Shown piece after piece: positions 29,301-38,184 of a stretch of 64,000 nucleotides of DNA. How positions within the stretch are numbered: the first letter of the stretch is position 1; each line of letters opens with the position of its first letter. The notes under the pieces are model-generated. The model worked only from the letters and a program-made list of their open reading frames with translations, did not search any database and was not told the origin of the DNA. This DNA comes from Parcubacteria group bacterium GW2011_GWC1_45_14. Lineage in GTDB: Bacteria > Patescibacteriota > Minisyncoccia > Moranbacterales > GWC2-37-73. Position numbers and translations under genes: made by a program. The stretch lies in contig LCKI01000001.1 of the NCBI GenBank assembly GCA_001001345.1, positions 339 through 64,338 on the forward strand, written 5' to 3'.

Positions 29301-29907
29301 GGAGACCCCTATTTCGGAAGAAAAAAATATTATTAGTAAGAATAATTCTCGCTTGGAGAGCGTTATGCAGGAGCCGCAAGGAGCGAATACTGAAACTCCC
29401 GCCGCGGAAAATCCGGTAGAGCAACAACCTGATGAAAATTTAGGGACTTCTTCAGGGGAGCGGCAGGTTTCCACGGAAAGGGAAGCGACGCAGGAAAACA
29501 ATGCCCCGGCTTTGGCAGTGGAAAAAAACTTCACAGAGAACAATTCCTTTGGAACGAAGAATGGAAAAATAGGCTTCAGCTATGACAAAGACGGAAAGAT
29601 AACCGCGATCCTGCAGGAGGTTTTAATTTCCGGACTGGAGGGCAATGAAAACCTGACTCCTGATTTCAGGAAAATTGTAATGGAAACCGGTAAATTGAAA
29701 AATACGTCCATGGCTATGAATATAGCAAATATGGGAAGCAGGGAGGTTTCCAATTATATGGAGGCATTCGAAGAACTCAAAAAAGGCGGGCACGACAAAG
29801 AGGCCAGGGCCGTGCTGGATAGGATTTATGGCATAGTTCTGGGAACGGAAAAGCATCTTGGCGTTAAGATTTTCGACAGATCAAAATTGCCTTTAATGGA
29901 AAAATAA
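26338..29907 (+). CDS. Large (~1190 aa) hypothetical coiled-coil protein with a central hydrophobic Gly/Ala hairpin
   Basis: Long ORF with K/E-rich helices, hydrophobic segments near residues 715-840 and a P/E/T-rich linker; TGGTATAAT at 26285-26293; start set at MAQENK. Confidence 0.8.
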   Translation: MAQENKDITIMNVETEKMRALNAFIEDVLNRKIRLLKSGQVDGATVTFEDFKIKGSDIPQNKLPNNSEDTIELEKRIQKSNRILRKAYESILEAGISQAMEREIEEIFESIFMDGALFGKLYKADQELIRKANEEGITGDLEDLFIKSVAKEGIGKMGREELKKLIKDFCTDRGNLEKIVTKDEDKDKMIDAIVNLTGLFGSSRGETGENKQEPTKNEILEKYLSYQDTDLLDERKKSMLESTMKGVSAQKYAEALLEISRNGDMAEVERLVKGMKAECLNALIALKIEKTKYADSDSWAMWDIAKQYHFYTHPSENDPRYLLANPLESEEKIEEIIDRHIGWELYAYFSKNGVDVVNIVGDGEKKKKILDILTGEKNASGGISSFNLAVLGKLLKSEIPGFKHEKMLSVDGGNPDGKKDKDASDGKEEKKTKEEVPLDKNSLLEKGKTASAELDKLWKKLPDYPRMEPEFESVFRILDMEGENYFDYLCKKDEQSSDWKTLDEEGKNKKINNRVEHVETIRGMVKKKLLELGIELEDPKKKEKGADKNEGSAEERKDDGKKAEDMSEEVTERVKILKKEVEIARKEYLETDYRKKNSLRRIYAFLGASFKNKEEKTLEKDLDIAWHRAHYDNKLFDLQKVMLDDAKERGVSDKELAEIGIYFRMEQKINMAEVHDQVKSEQQDKKLSGFIEKKALELTDFYKTMPLGKKLLIAGVFLGGSVVTAGVGGAAAGAFITTATGRKMLMGMFAGVGVTLGLEARGKKSEKAAIEKEKAGFLESIKNMNEEEKYNFIAGNIKNISIKDGELAINKIKNQDIRQKIAGVSAGFAATVLPGIVSSYAGEAYAGILEKISPESVPAPPVMSEVVLEVKKGSSFEGTIIKHLSDPNSEIYKHHPELKNVDPGVIAHRLALDFAHDHGTGLPDLVNPDDRISIKFDPAALKINGTLEDSVRIDIESHLEPGKTSEITKAVPAEIPKVVPATEVPASPETPISEEKNIISKNNSRLESVMQEPQGANTETPAAENPVEQQPDENLGTSSGERQVSTEREATQENNAPALAVEKNFTENNSFGTKNGKIGFSYDKDGKITAILQEVLISGLEGNENLTPDFRKIVMETGKLKNTSMAMNIANMGSREVSNYMEAFEELKKGGHDKEARAVLDRIYGIVLGTEKHLGVKIFDRSKLPLMEK

Positions 29908-29929
29908 ACACTAAAGTATCATAAAAAAT

Positions 29930-30241
29930 ATGGACGAGTCAAAAAATACGGCGTCCGAATCCCTGGATCAGCTCGTGAGGGAATTGGGAATCGACACTTT
30001 GCCCGAAGACAAGCGCAATGATTTACTGATCAAGATGACCGAGGTGCTGCTGAAGCGCATTTTTCTCGAGACGATGGAAAAGCTCGGGGAGCAGGGAAGG
30101 GATGAATATGAGGAAATCATGCAAAAAAACCCCCAACCGGAGGAACTGGAGGCTTTTTTTGCCGAAAAGATAAAAGATTACGAAGACATGGTCCAGGGAA
30201 TTGTGGCTGATTTCAAAAAGGAAATGCTTACTATTAAATAG
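29930..30241 (+). CDS. Small acidic helical protein (DUF5663-like)
   Basis: LG...LPEDK...LL.KM.E....RI pattern; co-oriented in an operon. Confidence 0.7.
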   Translation: MDESKNTASESLDQLVRELGIDTLPEDKRNDLLIKMTEVLLKRIFLETMEKLGEQGRDEYEEIMQKNPQPEELEAFFAEKIKDYEDMVQGIVADFKKEMLTIK

Positions 30242-30305
30242 ATGGCAAGGAAGCGACAATTTGTATATAATGGTCATATAACAAATAACGGATTTTAGAA
30301 ATATT

Positions 30306-30755
30306 ATGGAACCGATAAAATCGAACTTGGAGCCGCTCGAGGAGAAGGATATCAACTTGGAACGGAAGCTCAAAAAAGAGGATGTGGGCGGATTGGGATT
30401 CGAAAGGGATGAAGATGTTTTCAGAGTTGAAAAAGAGGTTGCTAGTGAAAAGAGCGGCGCGGAGAAGGACGCCGCTTATTCCCAGATAATGTCCAAGTTG
30501 GGGGATGATACGCCCGGTAGCGGCATTTCCAATGATGATGTTTCCGGTGATGCCAAGGATGTCTCCCAAAGAACGGATGCTGAATCGCAGATAAGCCATC
30601 TCGTTGACATAGCAATGGTCAAGGGCGTCGTCCACGCCGTGAAGGTGGCTCAGCATATCGAGGATAATTACGTCCTGGATACGTTCCATGACAAGCTTAT
30701 GGCGGAGGATTTGCATGATGCGCTTGTCCATAAAGGATTACTGAAGAATATTTAG
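30306..30755 (+). CDS. Hypothetical protein
   Basis: Acidic N-terminus and a C-terminus (LV.IA..KG...AV..A....NY.LD.FHD.L) that looks like a conserved domain; directly upstream of the ATPase. Confidence 0.75.
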   Translation: MEPIKSNLEPLEEKDINLERKLKKEDVGGLGFERDEDVFRVEKEVASEKSGAEKDAAYSQIMSKLGDDTPGSGISNDDVSGDAKDVSQRTDAESQISHLVDIAMVKGVVHAVKVAQHIEDNYVLDTFHDKLMAEDLHDALVHKGLLKNI

Positions 30756-30788
30756 ACCGGGTTTAAAAAACAAAAATAAAAACAACAT

Positions 30789-33266
30789 ATGCCAACTTTC
30801 GATCTTAATCTGGTGCTGATGCCTCTTACCGTGGCTTTGGCCACCCTCTCTTTTTTGACGGGAGGATATTTGGTTTTGCGGAGTTTTTTTAATTTTCGCG
30901 CCCAAATCAACAGGTCCGTCAACATGGATCTCGAGATAATAAAGATCGCCAAGGTGTTTAAAAACAAGCAAGAACAGGAAGACCCGGAATCTTGGAAGGA
31001 TGAGATAGGGGCCATGGAACAGCTTTTGGGAACGCTTTCCAATATGAAGGACAAGAGCTCTTTTTTTGGCAGATTTCTCTATGGCGAGCCCCATGTAACC
31101 TTGGAATTGGCTCAACCCGCCAACAGCGAGGAGATCCTTTTCTATATGGCTATCCCTAAGAAATTCAGGGAAAGCATAGAGAAACAAGTACACAGTTATT
31201 TCCCGGAGGCTTCGATAGAGAAAGTTTCGGATTACACTATTTTTTCCCCGGGAAGCTTCACTGCCGCCGCCGTTTTGGGACTGAAAAACACTCACGCCTT
31301 GCCGGTTACGACATATGAAGATATGAACGTCGATCCTTTGAATGAGATTTCCAATGCTTTGAGTAAGTTGCATGATTTCGAGGAGGGAGCGGTCATTCAG
31401 TTGGTTCTTCGTCCAGCTGGGACTGCCTGGCGCAAGTTGGGTAGGGATATAGCTCATCGGATGCAACAAGGAAAGAGACTTAAGGACGCCCATGAGGAGT
31501 CATTTATTCTTAATGCTGGAAAAGAAACTATAAAGATATTGCAAAACAGGCCTACTGATTCCGGCTATGGAAACGAAGGGTCGGTCCAACTCACTCCAGA
31601 GGAACAGGAGTTAATTAAGGACATTGAGAGAAAAGCGAATAAAGTGGGATTCAATGTTAATATACGCATCTTGTCTTCCGCTAAGACCCAGCAGCGGGCT
31701 GATGACATCCTTTCCCATCTGGAAAACTCCTTCTCTCAATTTGAAAACGCGGAAGCTAACCATTTTGTTATAAAAACAAGAACCAAAAGCAAAAAAGTTG
31801 CATTCGATTATATATTTCGGAATTTTGATGAGGACAATTCGATGATCCTCAGTACGGAGGAAATAGCCAGTATCTTCCATTTCCCGATTTCCACCACTGA
31901 AACACCGAAGATAAAGTGGCTCAAGGCTGGGGCTGCTCCGCCTCCCCTTAATATACCCAAGGAAGGTTTGCTTTTGGGATACAATGATTATCGTGGGGTG
32001 AAAACAGATATAAGGATGACCGACAGCGATCGAAGGAGACATTTATATACCATAGGTCAGACCGGCGCAGGTAAATCAAATTTCCTGCAGGAGCTGGCCA
32101 AACAGGATGCGAGAAACGGGAAGGGTTTCTGCTTTATTGATCCGCACGGTGACGCCATTGAGGACATCCTCACGGCAATCCCCAAGGAGAGGGCGGAGGA
32201 TGTTATCGTGTTCGATCCTTCGGATATGGAGAGGCCGTTCGGCCTTAATATGTTGGAATATGATCCGGCCAATCCGCAGCAGAAAACTTTCGTGATCAAT
32301 GAGATGATCGGCATCTTTGACCAATTGTATGATTTGAAATCGACAGGAGGGCCGATGTTTGAGCAATATGTCAGGAATGCCATGCTCCTTATCATGGAGG
32401 ATCCAGATTCGGGTTCCACTTTGATGGAAATTTCTAAGGTTTTGGCTGACGAAGACTTCAGGCGGATGAAGCTTTCCAAGTGCGCCAATCCGGTTGTGAG
32501 GGATTTCTGGGTAAAGGAGGCGGAGAAAGCCGGAGGGGAAGCGGCACTGGCCAACATGGTCCCTTATATTACCTCCAAACTTACCACTTTTATTTCGAAC
32601 GACATGATGCGTCCGATAATAGCGCAGCAGAAAAGCACGCTCAATTTCCGCGAAATCATGGATGATGGCAAAATACTGCTCGTGAAGCTTTCCAAAGGAA
32701 AGATCGGGGAAATAAACGCGCACTTGCTGGGCATGGTCATCGTGGGAAAGATCCTAATGAACGCGCTGGCCAGGGTTGATATGGCGGAAGACGAGCGAAA
32801 GGATTTCTATCTTTATCTGGATGAATTCCAGAATGTCACCACGGAATCAATCTCCCAGATCCTTTCCGAAGCGAGGAAATACCGCCTGTGCCTCGTAATC
32901 GCGCACCAATTCATAGGACAACTTAGCGAGGACATATCCAAGGCGGTTTTTGGTAACGTGGGCTCGATGTGCGCATTCCGCGTGGGCCCGGAAGACGGGG
33001 AATTTTTGGAGAAACAGTTCGAGCCCATATTCAAAGCCAATGATCTGGTCAATGTCGACAATTACAATTGTTTCACCCGCATGCTTATAAACAACGAGCT
33101 TTCTAAGCCCTTTAGCATGAAGACGTTCCCTCCGACAGCCGGGGATCAGAAGGTTGCAAATTATCTCAAGGAGCTTTCCAGGTTGAAATACGGAAGGGAT
33201 GCCAAAATCGTGAATAGGGAAATAATCGAAAGGACCAAGCTCGCTGAAAAGATGAGAGACGCGTAG
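30789..33266 (+). CDS. VirD4/TraD/HerA-like ATPase with N-terminal membrane anchor
   Basis: DRRRHLY.IGQTGAGKS (Walker A), IDPHGD, LYLDEFQN (Walker B), SEARKY.L..V.AHQ, FGNVGS. Confidence 0.88.
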   Translation: MPTFDLNLVLMPLTVALATLSFLTGGYLVLRSFFNFRAQINRSVNMDLEIIKIAKVFKNKQEQEDPESWKDEIGAMEQLLGTLSNMKDKSSFFGRFLYGEPHVTLELAQPANSEEILFYMAIPKKFRESIEKQVHSYFPEASIEKVSDYTIFSPGSFTAAAVLGLKNTHALPVTTYEDMNVDPLNEISNALSKLHDFEEGAVIQLVLRPAGTAWRKLGRDIAHRMQQGKRLKDAHEESFILNAGKETIKILQNRPTDSGYGNEGSVQLTPEEQELIKDIERKANKVGFNVNIRILSSAKTQQRADDILSHLENSFSQFENAEANHFVIKTRTKSKKVAFDYIFRNFDEDNSMILSTEEIASIFHFPISTTETPKIKWLKAGAAPPPLNIPKEGLLLGYNDYRGVKTDIRMTDSDRRRHLYTIGQTGAGKSNFLQELAKQDARNGKGFCFIDPHGDAIEDILTAIPKERAEDVIVFDPSDMERPFGLNMLEYDPANPQQKTFVINEMIGIFDQLYDLKSTGGPMFEQYVRNAMLLIMEDPDSGSTLMEISKVLADEDFRRMKLSKCANPVVRDFWVKEAEKAGGEAALANMVPYITSKLTTFISNDMMRPIIAQQKSTLNFREIMDDGKILLVKLSKGKIGEINAHLLGMVIVGKILMNALARVDMAEDERKDFYLYLDEFQNVTTESISQILSEARKYRLCLVIAHQFIGQLSEDISKAVFGNVGSMCAFRVGPEDGEFLEKQFEPIFKANDLVNVDNYNCFTRMLINNELSKPFSMKTFPPTAGDQKVANYLKELSRLKYGRDAKIVNREIIERTKLAEKMRDA

Positions 33267-33333
33267 CAGGCTTATCGGTTTACCTTCTTTTGATTCTCAT
33301 TAGCTTGCTTTCCCTGCTTCTTTTTCGAAATAG

Positions 33334-33367
33334 AAAAAACTACCCTTGCAGAAAGGGTAGTTTTTTT
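33334..33367. terminator. Bidirectional intrinsic terminator
   Basis: AAAAAA-CTACCCTT-gcaga-AAGGGTAG-TTTTTTT. Confidence 0.75.
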
Positions 33368-33395
33368 ATGGGTGGCAGTCAGGTATTTCTGATCC

Positions 33396-35693
33396 CTATA
33401 AGTCCATGGCATCTATTTCTCCAGGCAATATCAGGTAAGCCTTTCTCCTTTCTTCATCCACGGAGAATCCTTCGGCGTTCGCGATGGCTTCGTGGTGGTA
33501 TTGCTTGATTAGTTTGCCTTCCTTGTCGAATTGGATGAGTCTGGAGTTGGGTATATCCAAGACATATATGCCGTTCATGGTTATATCAGTGACGATATTC
33601 TCAAAGTTTATCGGGGTATGGGAATTTTCCAGTGAAAAGCCCGTATCCTTTCCTCTGAAAAGTTGCTTGATGCCATTTCCGGTGGCTAAATATACGTTGT
33701 CGTCAATAGTCATGTCCTTAATTGAGGATAGGTCGATTTCCTCCTTAAGCCAATCCGTTTTTTCTCCGAATCCGCCTTCCGCTCTCGGATAACGATATAT
33801 TTGGTCGTTTTTCGAGTCTAGCAGGTATACGTAGGTCAGGTAGGTGGATGCGAAATCGATCTGAGAATTTTCAGGGAGTGTTATCGTATTATCTTTCAGC
33901 TCCAAGGACACGGGGCTGAAGGAGATGACCTTGTCCTTATCAGTCAGAACAAGAATAAGGTTTAGGTCGCTCATGTAAGTGGCAAGTTTTCCTGGGCCAT
34001 ATTCTTGTGGCCAGGAGAAATCCCGAGCTTCGCTTCCATTTAGTACCGTTATTTTCCTCTCATCTACCGCATAAAGGGATCCTTCCAACGGAAAGGCGTC
34101 GATAACGCCGGAAATTTCACGTATTTTTTCTATTTGCTCAACGAAGGAGATGTTTTTTTCTTGCGAATATTTTTCATTGTCGGATATTTGCGTCATCGGA
34201 AGGGTTTCTATGGAAGTCGCTGGCTCTTTTTCAAAATTTATTTTAGAGAGCGCAAGTGGGACCGTCACGATGAGCAGCAGCGTCGAAAAAATAAAAAGCT
34301 TCTGTTTGAGGGTCATTGATGGCAAGAGTTTTTTTATTTTGGAGAAGCTCGGGAGAAGCTCGGAGAAACTGAAAGCATTCCTGTTGTCTTCTTGGCGGGA
34401 TATTTCCGCCTTGGCCAGGTTTATTTTTTCAAACAAACTCGACTCCGAAGCAATTTCTTCCGGGTTTTCCTTCGGAGCTGATTTTCTTTTGGGAGTAATT
34501 TCAGTCCGGGAAATTTTTTGTTCGGCTTGGAAAGAGTCCTCGCTTTCTCGGTATATTTCTTCCAAGGCCTCTTTTTTCTCCCTTCTTGATCGGTCAAATT
34601 CTTGCTTCTTTTTATCTACCGCCTCCTTTAACACGTCGAATTTTCCAGCATAATCGTATTCCGATATCCTGGATGAAATCCGTTTGGTTTTTTTCCAAAG
34701 AGATGATGACTGCTTGGCAAAAAATTCTTTCGCTCCATATGACAGGTCATATAACATCTCCTTGGCCATTTGCGTCCGTTCATGCATGGGACTGCTCGTC
34801 TCCTCATTTCCTTCATCCCCTTGGATATAGATGTGGCCGGTCTTCTTGTCCGTGTATTCTTTTTCGGCTTCCGCCAGATACTCCTCTATGGAAATATCTT
34901 CCGATTCTTCCATTGGAGAGGATGAAGACTTTCGGTTTTTTTTCGCGAAAGCCTTCTCGCTGAAAACGTTCAGATCTCTGGATGCATGAGTTGCTGGTTT
35001 TTCTCTTTTGGGGATGATCTTCCGGGGTTCGTCTATGTCTACCACTATGGTTCCGGCCAAATCCAATTCGTTGGTCAGCGCGGTCCTGAGGAATTGGGCG
35101 AATTTGTCCTTGTCGAACCGCTCGATGTTTTTTTCCAGATCTGCAACCGAAAGTATGTTGAAAAGATCGTCGGAAGTGATTATGAGTTTGTCGCTTTTTT
35201 CCAGTTTCCCGCTGGAAACGTTGATGAAGGTCTTCAGAGGGTGCGGCTCGGGCAATTCAGGAGCCAAGCCTTCGGTTATATCGGTAAGTGAGATGTTTCT
35301 GGAAAGCAATATCTTGGCATTTCCGGTCACGGTGAAGTGGATGTTGTTTTTTTCCAAAACACAGATAGCGGAATCAAGTTTCCCGAGCCAGTTTATATTC
35401 CCATGTTTGACCAACTCAGAGAGCGCTAAATTGACCTTGTGTAAAGCGGAATCGAAGCTTTCTTGGACCGGACGCTTGGGATTGAGATAATATTCTTTTT
35501 TGAGGACGGAGTTGAGGAAGTTGACCACGTAGGCTGAGTCCTCGCTGTACTCCCTTATTTCGAAAAATCCGACCAGTAGGCCCAGGGGCTGCTGGGTTAT
35601 GTTTTCAGGATGGTACTGAAAAATTTCAATATAAGGCTTAAGATTGGCGTTATTGACGACTAAAATGGGGGAAATTTCCTTTTCCATATTCAT
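33396..35693 (-). CDS. Membrane protein with PP2C-like N-terminal domain and probable extracellular beta-propeller
   Basis: N-terminal ..SGKL...DKLIITSDDL; one TM helix; C-terminal YLLD...QIYRY and IYVLD..NSRLIQFDK repeats; start uncertain (35693 or 35723). Confidence 0.65.
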   Translation of the reverse strand: MNMEKEISPILVVNNANLKPYIEIFQYHPENITQQPLGLLVGFFEIREYSEDSAYVVNFLNSVLKKEYYLNPKRPVQESFDSALHKVNLALSELVKHGNINWLGKLDSAICVLEKNNIHFTVTGNAKILLSRNISLTDITEGLAPELPEPHPLKTFINVSSGKLEKSDKLIITSDDLFNILSVADLEKNIERFDKDKFAQFLRTALTNELDLAGTIVVDIDEPRKIIPKREKPATHASRDLNVFSEKAFAKKNRKSSSSPMEESEDISIEEYLAEAEKEYTDKKTGHIYIQGDEGNEETSSPMHERTQMAKEMLYDLSYGAKEFFAKQSSSLWKKTKRISSRISEYDYAGKFDVLKEAVDKKKQEFDRSRREKKEALEEIYRESEDSFQAEQKISRTEITPKRKSAPKENPEEIASESSLFEKINLAKAEISRQEDNRNAFSFSELLPSFSKIKKLLPSMTLKQKLFIFSTLLLIVTVPLALSKINFEKEPATSIETLPMTQISDNEKYSQEKNISFVEQIEKIREISGVIDAFPLEGSLYAVDERKITVLNGSEARDFSWPQEYGPGKLATYMSDLNLILVLTDKDKVISFSPVSLELKDNTITLPENSQIDFASTYLTYVYLLDSKNDQIYRYPRAEGGFGEKTDWLKEEIDLSSIKDMTIDDNVYLATGNGIKQLFRGKDTGFSLENSHTPINFENIVTDITMNGIYVLDIPNSRLIQFDKEGKLIKQYHHEAIANAEGFSVDEERRKAYLILPGEIDAMDL

Positions 35694-35962
35694 TGTATTC
35701 TTACTGCCAAGGAATCCTGGCAATAGAATGTGTTTTTGTCATTGTTTTTTCGAGGATATGTCTCTTGTATTATAACATATTTTCCATCGGGAATTCATCC
35801 TTTCGCTCTCTTGTCATTATATAATAATAATCATCCGAAGCCAAACGGAAAAATGATGCTTATTTGGAGCGAAATATTTACTTTTTGCGCAAGGGGCTTT
35901 ATAATGGCAACATGATGTGTTGAAAAAGGAGAAAAGTCTAATATTTATTAAATGAAAACGCT

Positions 35963-36568
35963 ATGTCTGAAATTCTAGAGACGCTATTCGGTTCCAAGGC
36001 CAAAACCAGGATATTGAGATTTTTTTTACTTAATCCCGATGTGGAATATTCGATTCTTGATATAGCGCAAAAAAACATGTTGACAGGGCCCCAGGTAAGG
36101 AAGGAGCTGAACGCTTTGAAAAAAATCAAATTTGTCACTGAAAAAAGCCGCAAAAACCAAAGACACTTCATCCTGAACAAGAATTTTCATTTCTATCCCG
36201 AGCTCAAGGGATTGATCGCCAAGTCCAATATCTATCCTCAGTGCAGGAGCCTGGGCAAAATAAAAGCGGTAGGGGATGTGAAACTTGCTCTGATAAGCGG
36301 AATCTTCCTTAACCATCAAAAGAGCAAGGTTGACATGATCTTGGTCATCAACAATGTCAGCAGGGGGAAGTTGAAGAATGTGATGAATAATCTCGAAGCG
36401 GAAGTGGGCAAGGAAGTCAGCTTCGTGCTGATGAACAGCGAAGAGTTCAAATACCGGCTCGACATGCTAGACAGGTTCTTGATGGAGTTCTTGGAGGGTC
36501 CTTATGATGAGATAGTGAACAAGATTCCCGGGCTCAAGCGGATCGTGATGGGTCTTAAGAAATACTGA
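35963..36568 (+). CDS. wHTH plus degenerate nucleotidyltransferase-fold protein (putative regulator)
   Basis: LETLFGSK..TRILRFF, VRKELNAL (HTH); SG.F....KSKVDMILV; E.EVGKEV. Confidence 0.7.
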   Translation: MSEILETLFGSKAKTRILRFFLLNPDVEYSILDIAQKNMLTGPQVRKELNALKKIKFVTEKSRKNQRHFILNKNFHFYPELKGLIAKSNIYPQCRSLGKIKAVGDVKLALISGIFLNHQKSKVDMILVINNVSRGKLKNVMNNLEAEVGKEVSFVLMNSEEFKYRLDMLDRFLMEFLEGPYDEIVNKIPGLKRIVMGLKKY

Positions 36569-36640
36569 TTGTCGAGCGAGTGATGACAACAAATCAGTGA
36601 GTGCCCATTTATTTTTTCAATTAATTTTCAAATATAGGAT

Positions 36641-37765
36641 ATGACTTTGACTTTTTTGATATCGATTTCGATACTTTTGCTGGCGGTAGTCCTATGGTTC
36701 GTTTTCGATTTGAAAAAGAGGGTCGTTTTGAGTACGGAAAATCGTGAGGAGCGCGACAGAATGGTGGCTATGCAGGAATCACTCCGGCATATCGTCGATG
36801 AAAACCGCGAGCTTCGCAAGGAGATAGATTCGAAGCTCTCCCAAACCCATCGCGCCGGTCAGGATCAGATGACCCAGACGATACGCACAGTACAAGGGAT
36901 TACCGAGCAATCCGCAAAACTTATCAGTAACGTCACGGAAAAACTGACGAAACTGGATGAAACCAACAGGCAAGTGGTTAATTTCTCCGCCCAACTCCAA
37001 AACCTTCAGGATATCTTGAAAAATCCCAAACAGCGAGGCGTTCTGGGCGAATATTTCCTGGAAGAAACACTCAAGAACGTGCTTGGTCCGAAATCGTACC
37101 AGATGCAATATAAGATGGGAAAGAGCGAACGGACCGAACAGGATCTGATAGTGGACGCGGTCGTTTTCGTCAAGGACAAGATAGTGCCCATAGATTCCAA
37201 GTTCTCCCTGGAGAATTATGAGAGGATTTTGAATTCCGCCGACAGTGCGGAGCGCGAAAAGTTCGAGAAATTGTTCAAGCAAGATTTGAAAAATCGCATC
37301 GACGAAACTTCGAAATACATCCGTCCTGAGATGGGGACTATGGATTTCGCTTTCATGTTTATACCGTCGGAGGCGATTTATTATGATTTATTGGTGAATA
37401 AGGTGGGTACTGGCCAGGTGAATACGCGGGATCTGATCGAATATGCCTTCCAGGAGAAAAAGGTCATCATCGTTTCCCCAACCTCTTTCTTGGCTTATCT
37501 GCAGACGGTTCTGCAGGGGCTCAGGGCCTTTCAAATAGAGGAGAGCGCCAAGGAGATCCGGACCAACGTCGGCAAGCTCCAGCAGCATATCGCGAAGTAC
37601 GACGAATATTTCAAGAAAATAGGGAACAGTCTGGGAACCACGGTGAACCATTATAATGCCGCCCACAAGGAATTTGAAAAAGTCGACAAGGATGTCGCAA
37701 GGATAACGGAAACCGACAAGGTGATCGAACCGCTCGCACTGGAAAGGCCGTATGAGAATATGTGA
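36641..37765 (+). CDS. rmuC: DNA recombination protein RmuC
   Basis: N-terminal TM and coiled coil, NPKQRG.LGE..LE, IDSKFS, KYI.P..GT.DFAFMFIPSE, VSPTS. Confidence 0.93.
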   Translation: MTLTFLISISILLLAVVLWFVFDLKKRVVLSTENREERDRMVAMQESLRHIVDENRELRKEIDSKLSQTHRAGQDQMTQTIRTVQGITEQSAKLISNVTEKLTKLDETNRQVVNFSAQLQNLQDILKNPKQRGVLGEYFLEETLKNVLGPKSYQMQYKMGKSERTEQDLIVDAVVFVKDKIVPIDSKFSLENYERILNSADSAEREKFEKLFKQDLKNRIDETSKYIRPEMGTMDFAFMFIPSEAIYYDLLVNKVGTGQVNTRDLIEYAFQEKKVIIVSPTSFLAYLQTVLQGLRAFQIEESAKEIRTNVGKLQQHIAKYDEYFKKIGNSLGTTVNHYNAAHKEFEKVDKDVARITETDKVIEPLALERPYENM

Positions 37766-37816
37766 CCGATGTCTCGGATGTTTTAAATGTGCCCCGGATA
37801 TTTTATTAGGCTGAAA

Positions 37817-38182
37817 ATGAAAATAAAATCATTCATAACGCAGGAATTTTTCAGAAATGCTATCGTCCATTGGGTGTCGATAGCTTCTTTTCTAATCAAC
37901 GGCGTCTGTTGGGGCGCGCTCGTGTTTTTCATCAGACCTGTTGATTTTCCCATCATATTGCATTATAATGTCTACTTCGGGGTGGATATTATAGGTGCCT
38001 GGTGGCAGGCGTATTTCCTACCCTTGATAGCATTAGCCGTGATGGCTGTTAATATGGTTTTGGCTTATTATTTTTATAAGCACGGGGAAAGGATGATTTC
38101 ATATATATTGCTGCTGGCCGCGTTTTTAGTCCAAATTAGCGGCGCAATAGCTATAGGAGGTATAATAAGGATAAATTACTAA
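37817..38182 (+). CDS. Small membrane protein
   Basis: Three hydrophobic segments, ILHYNVYFGVD..G motif; start set at MKIKS. Confidence 0.75.
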   Translation: MKIKSFITQEFFRNAIVHWVSIASFLINGVCWGALVFFIRPVDFPIILHYNVYFGVDIIGAWWQAYFLPLIALAVMAVNMVLAYYFYKHGERMISYILLLAAFLVQISGAIAIGGIIRINY

Positions 38183-38184
38183 AA

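Noticed and set aside
30789-33266. VirD4-like ATPase as evidence of a conjugative element
   Set aside because: No relaxase, integrase, VirB4 or att sites are visible, and the flanks are chromosomal.
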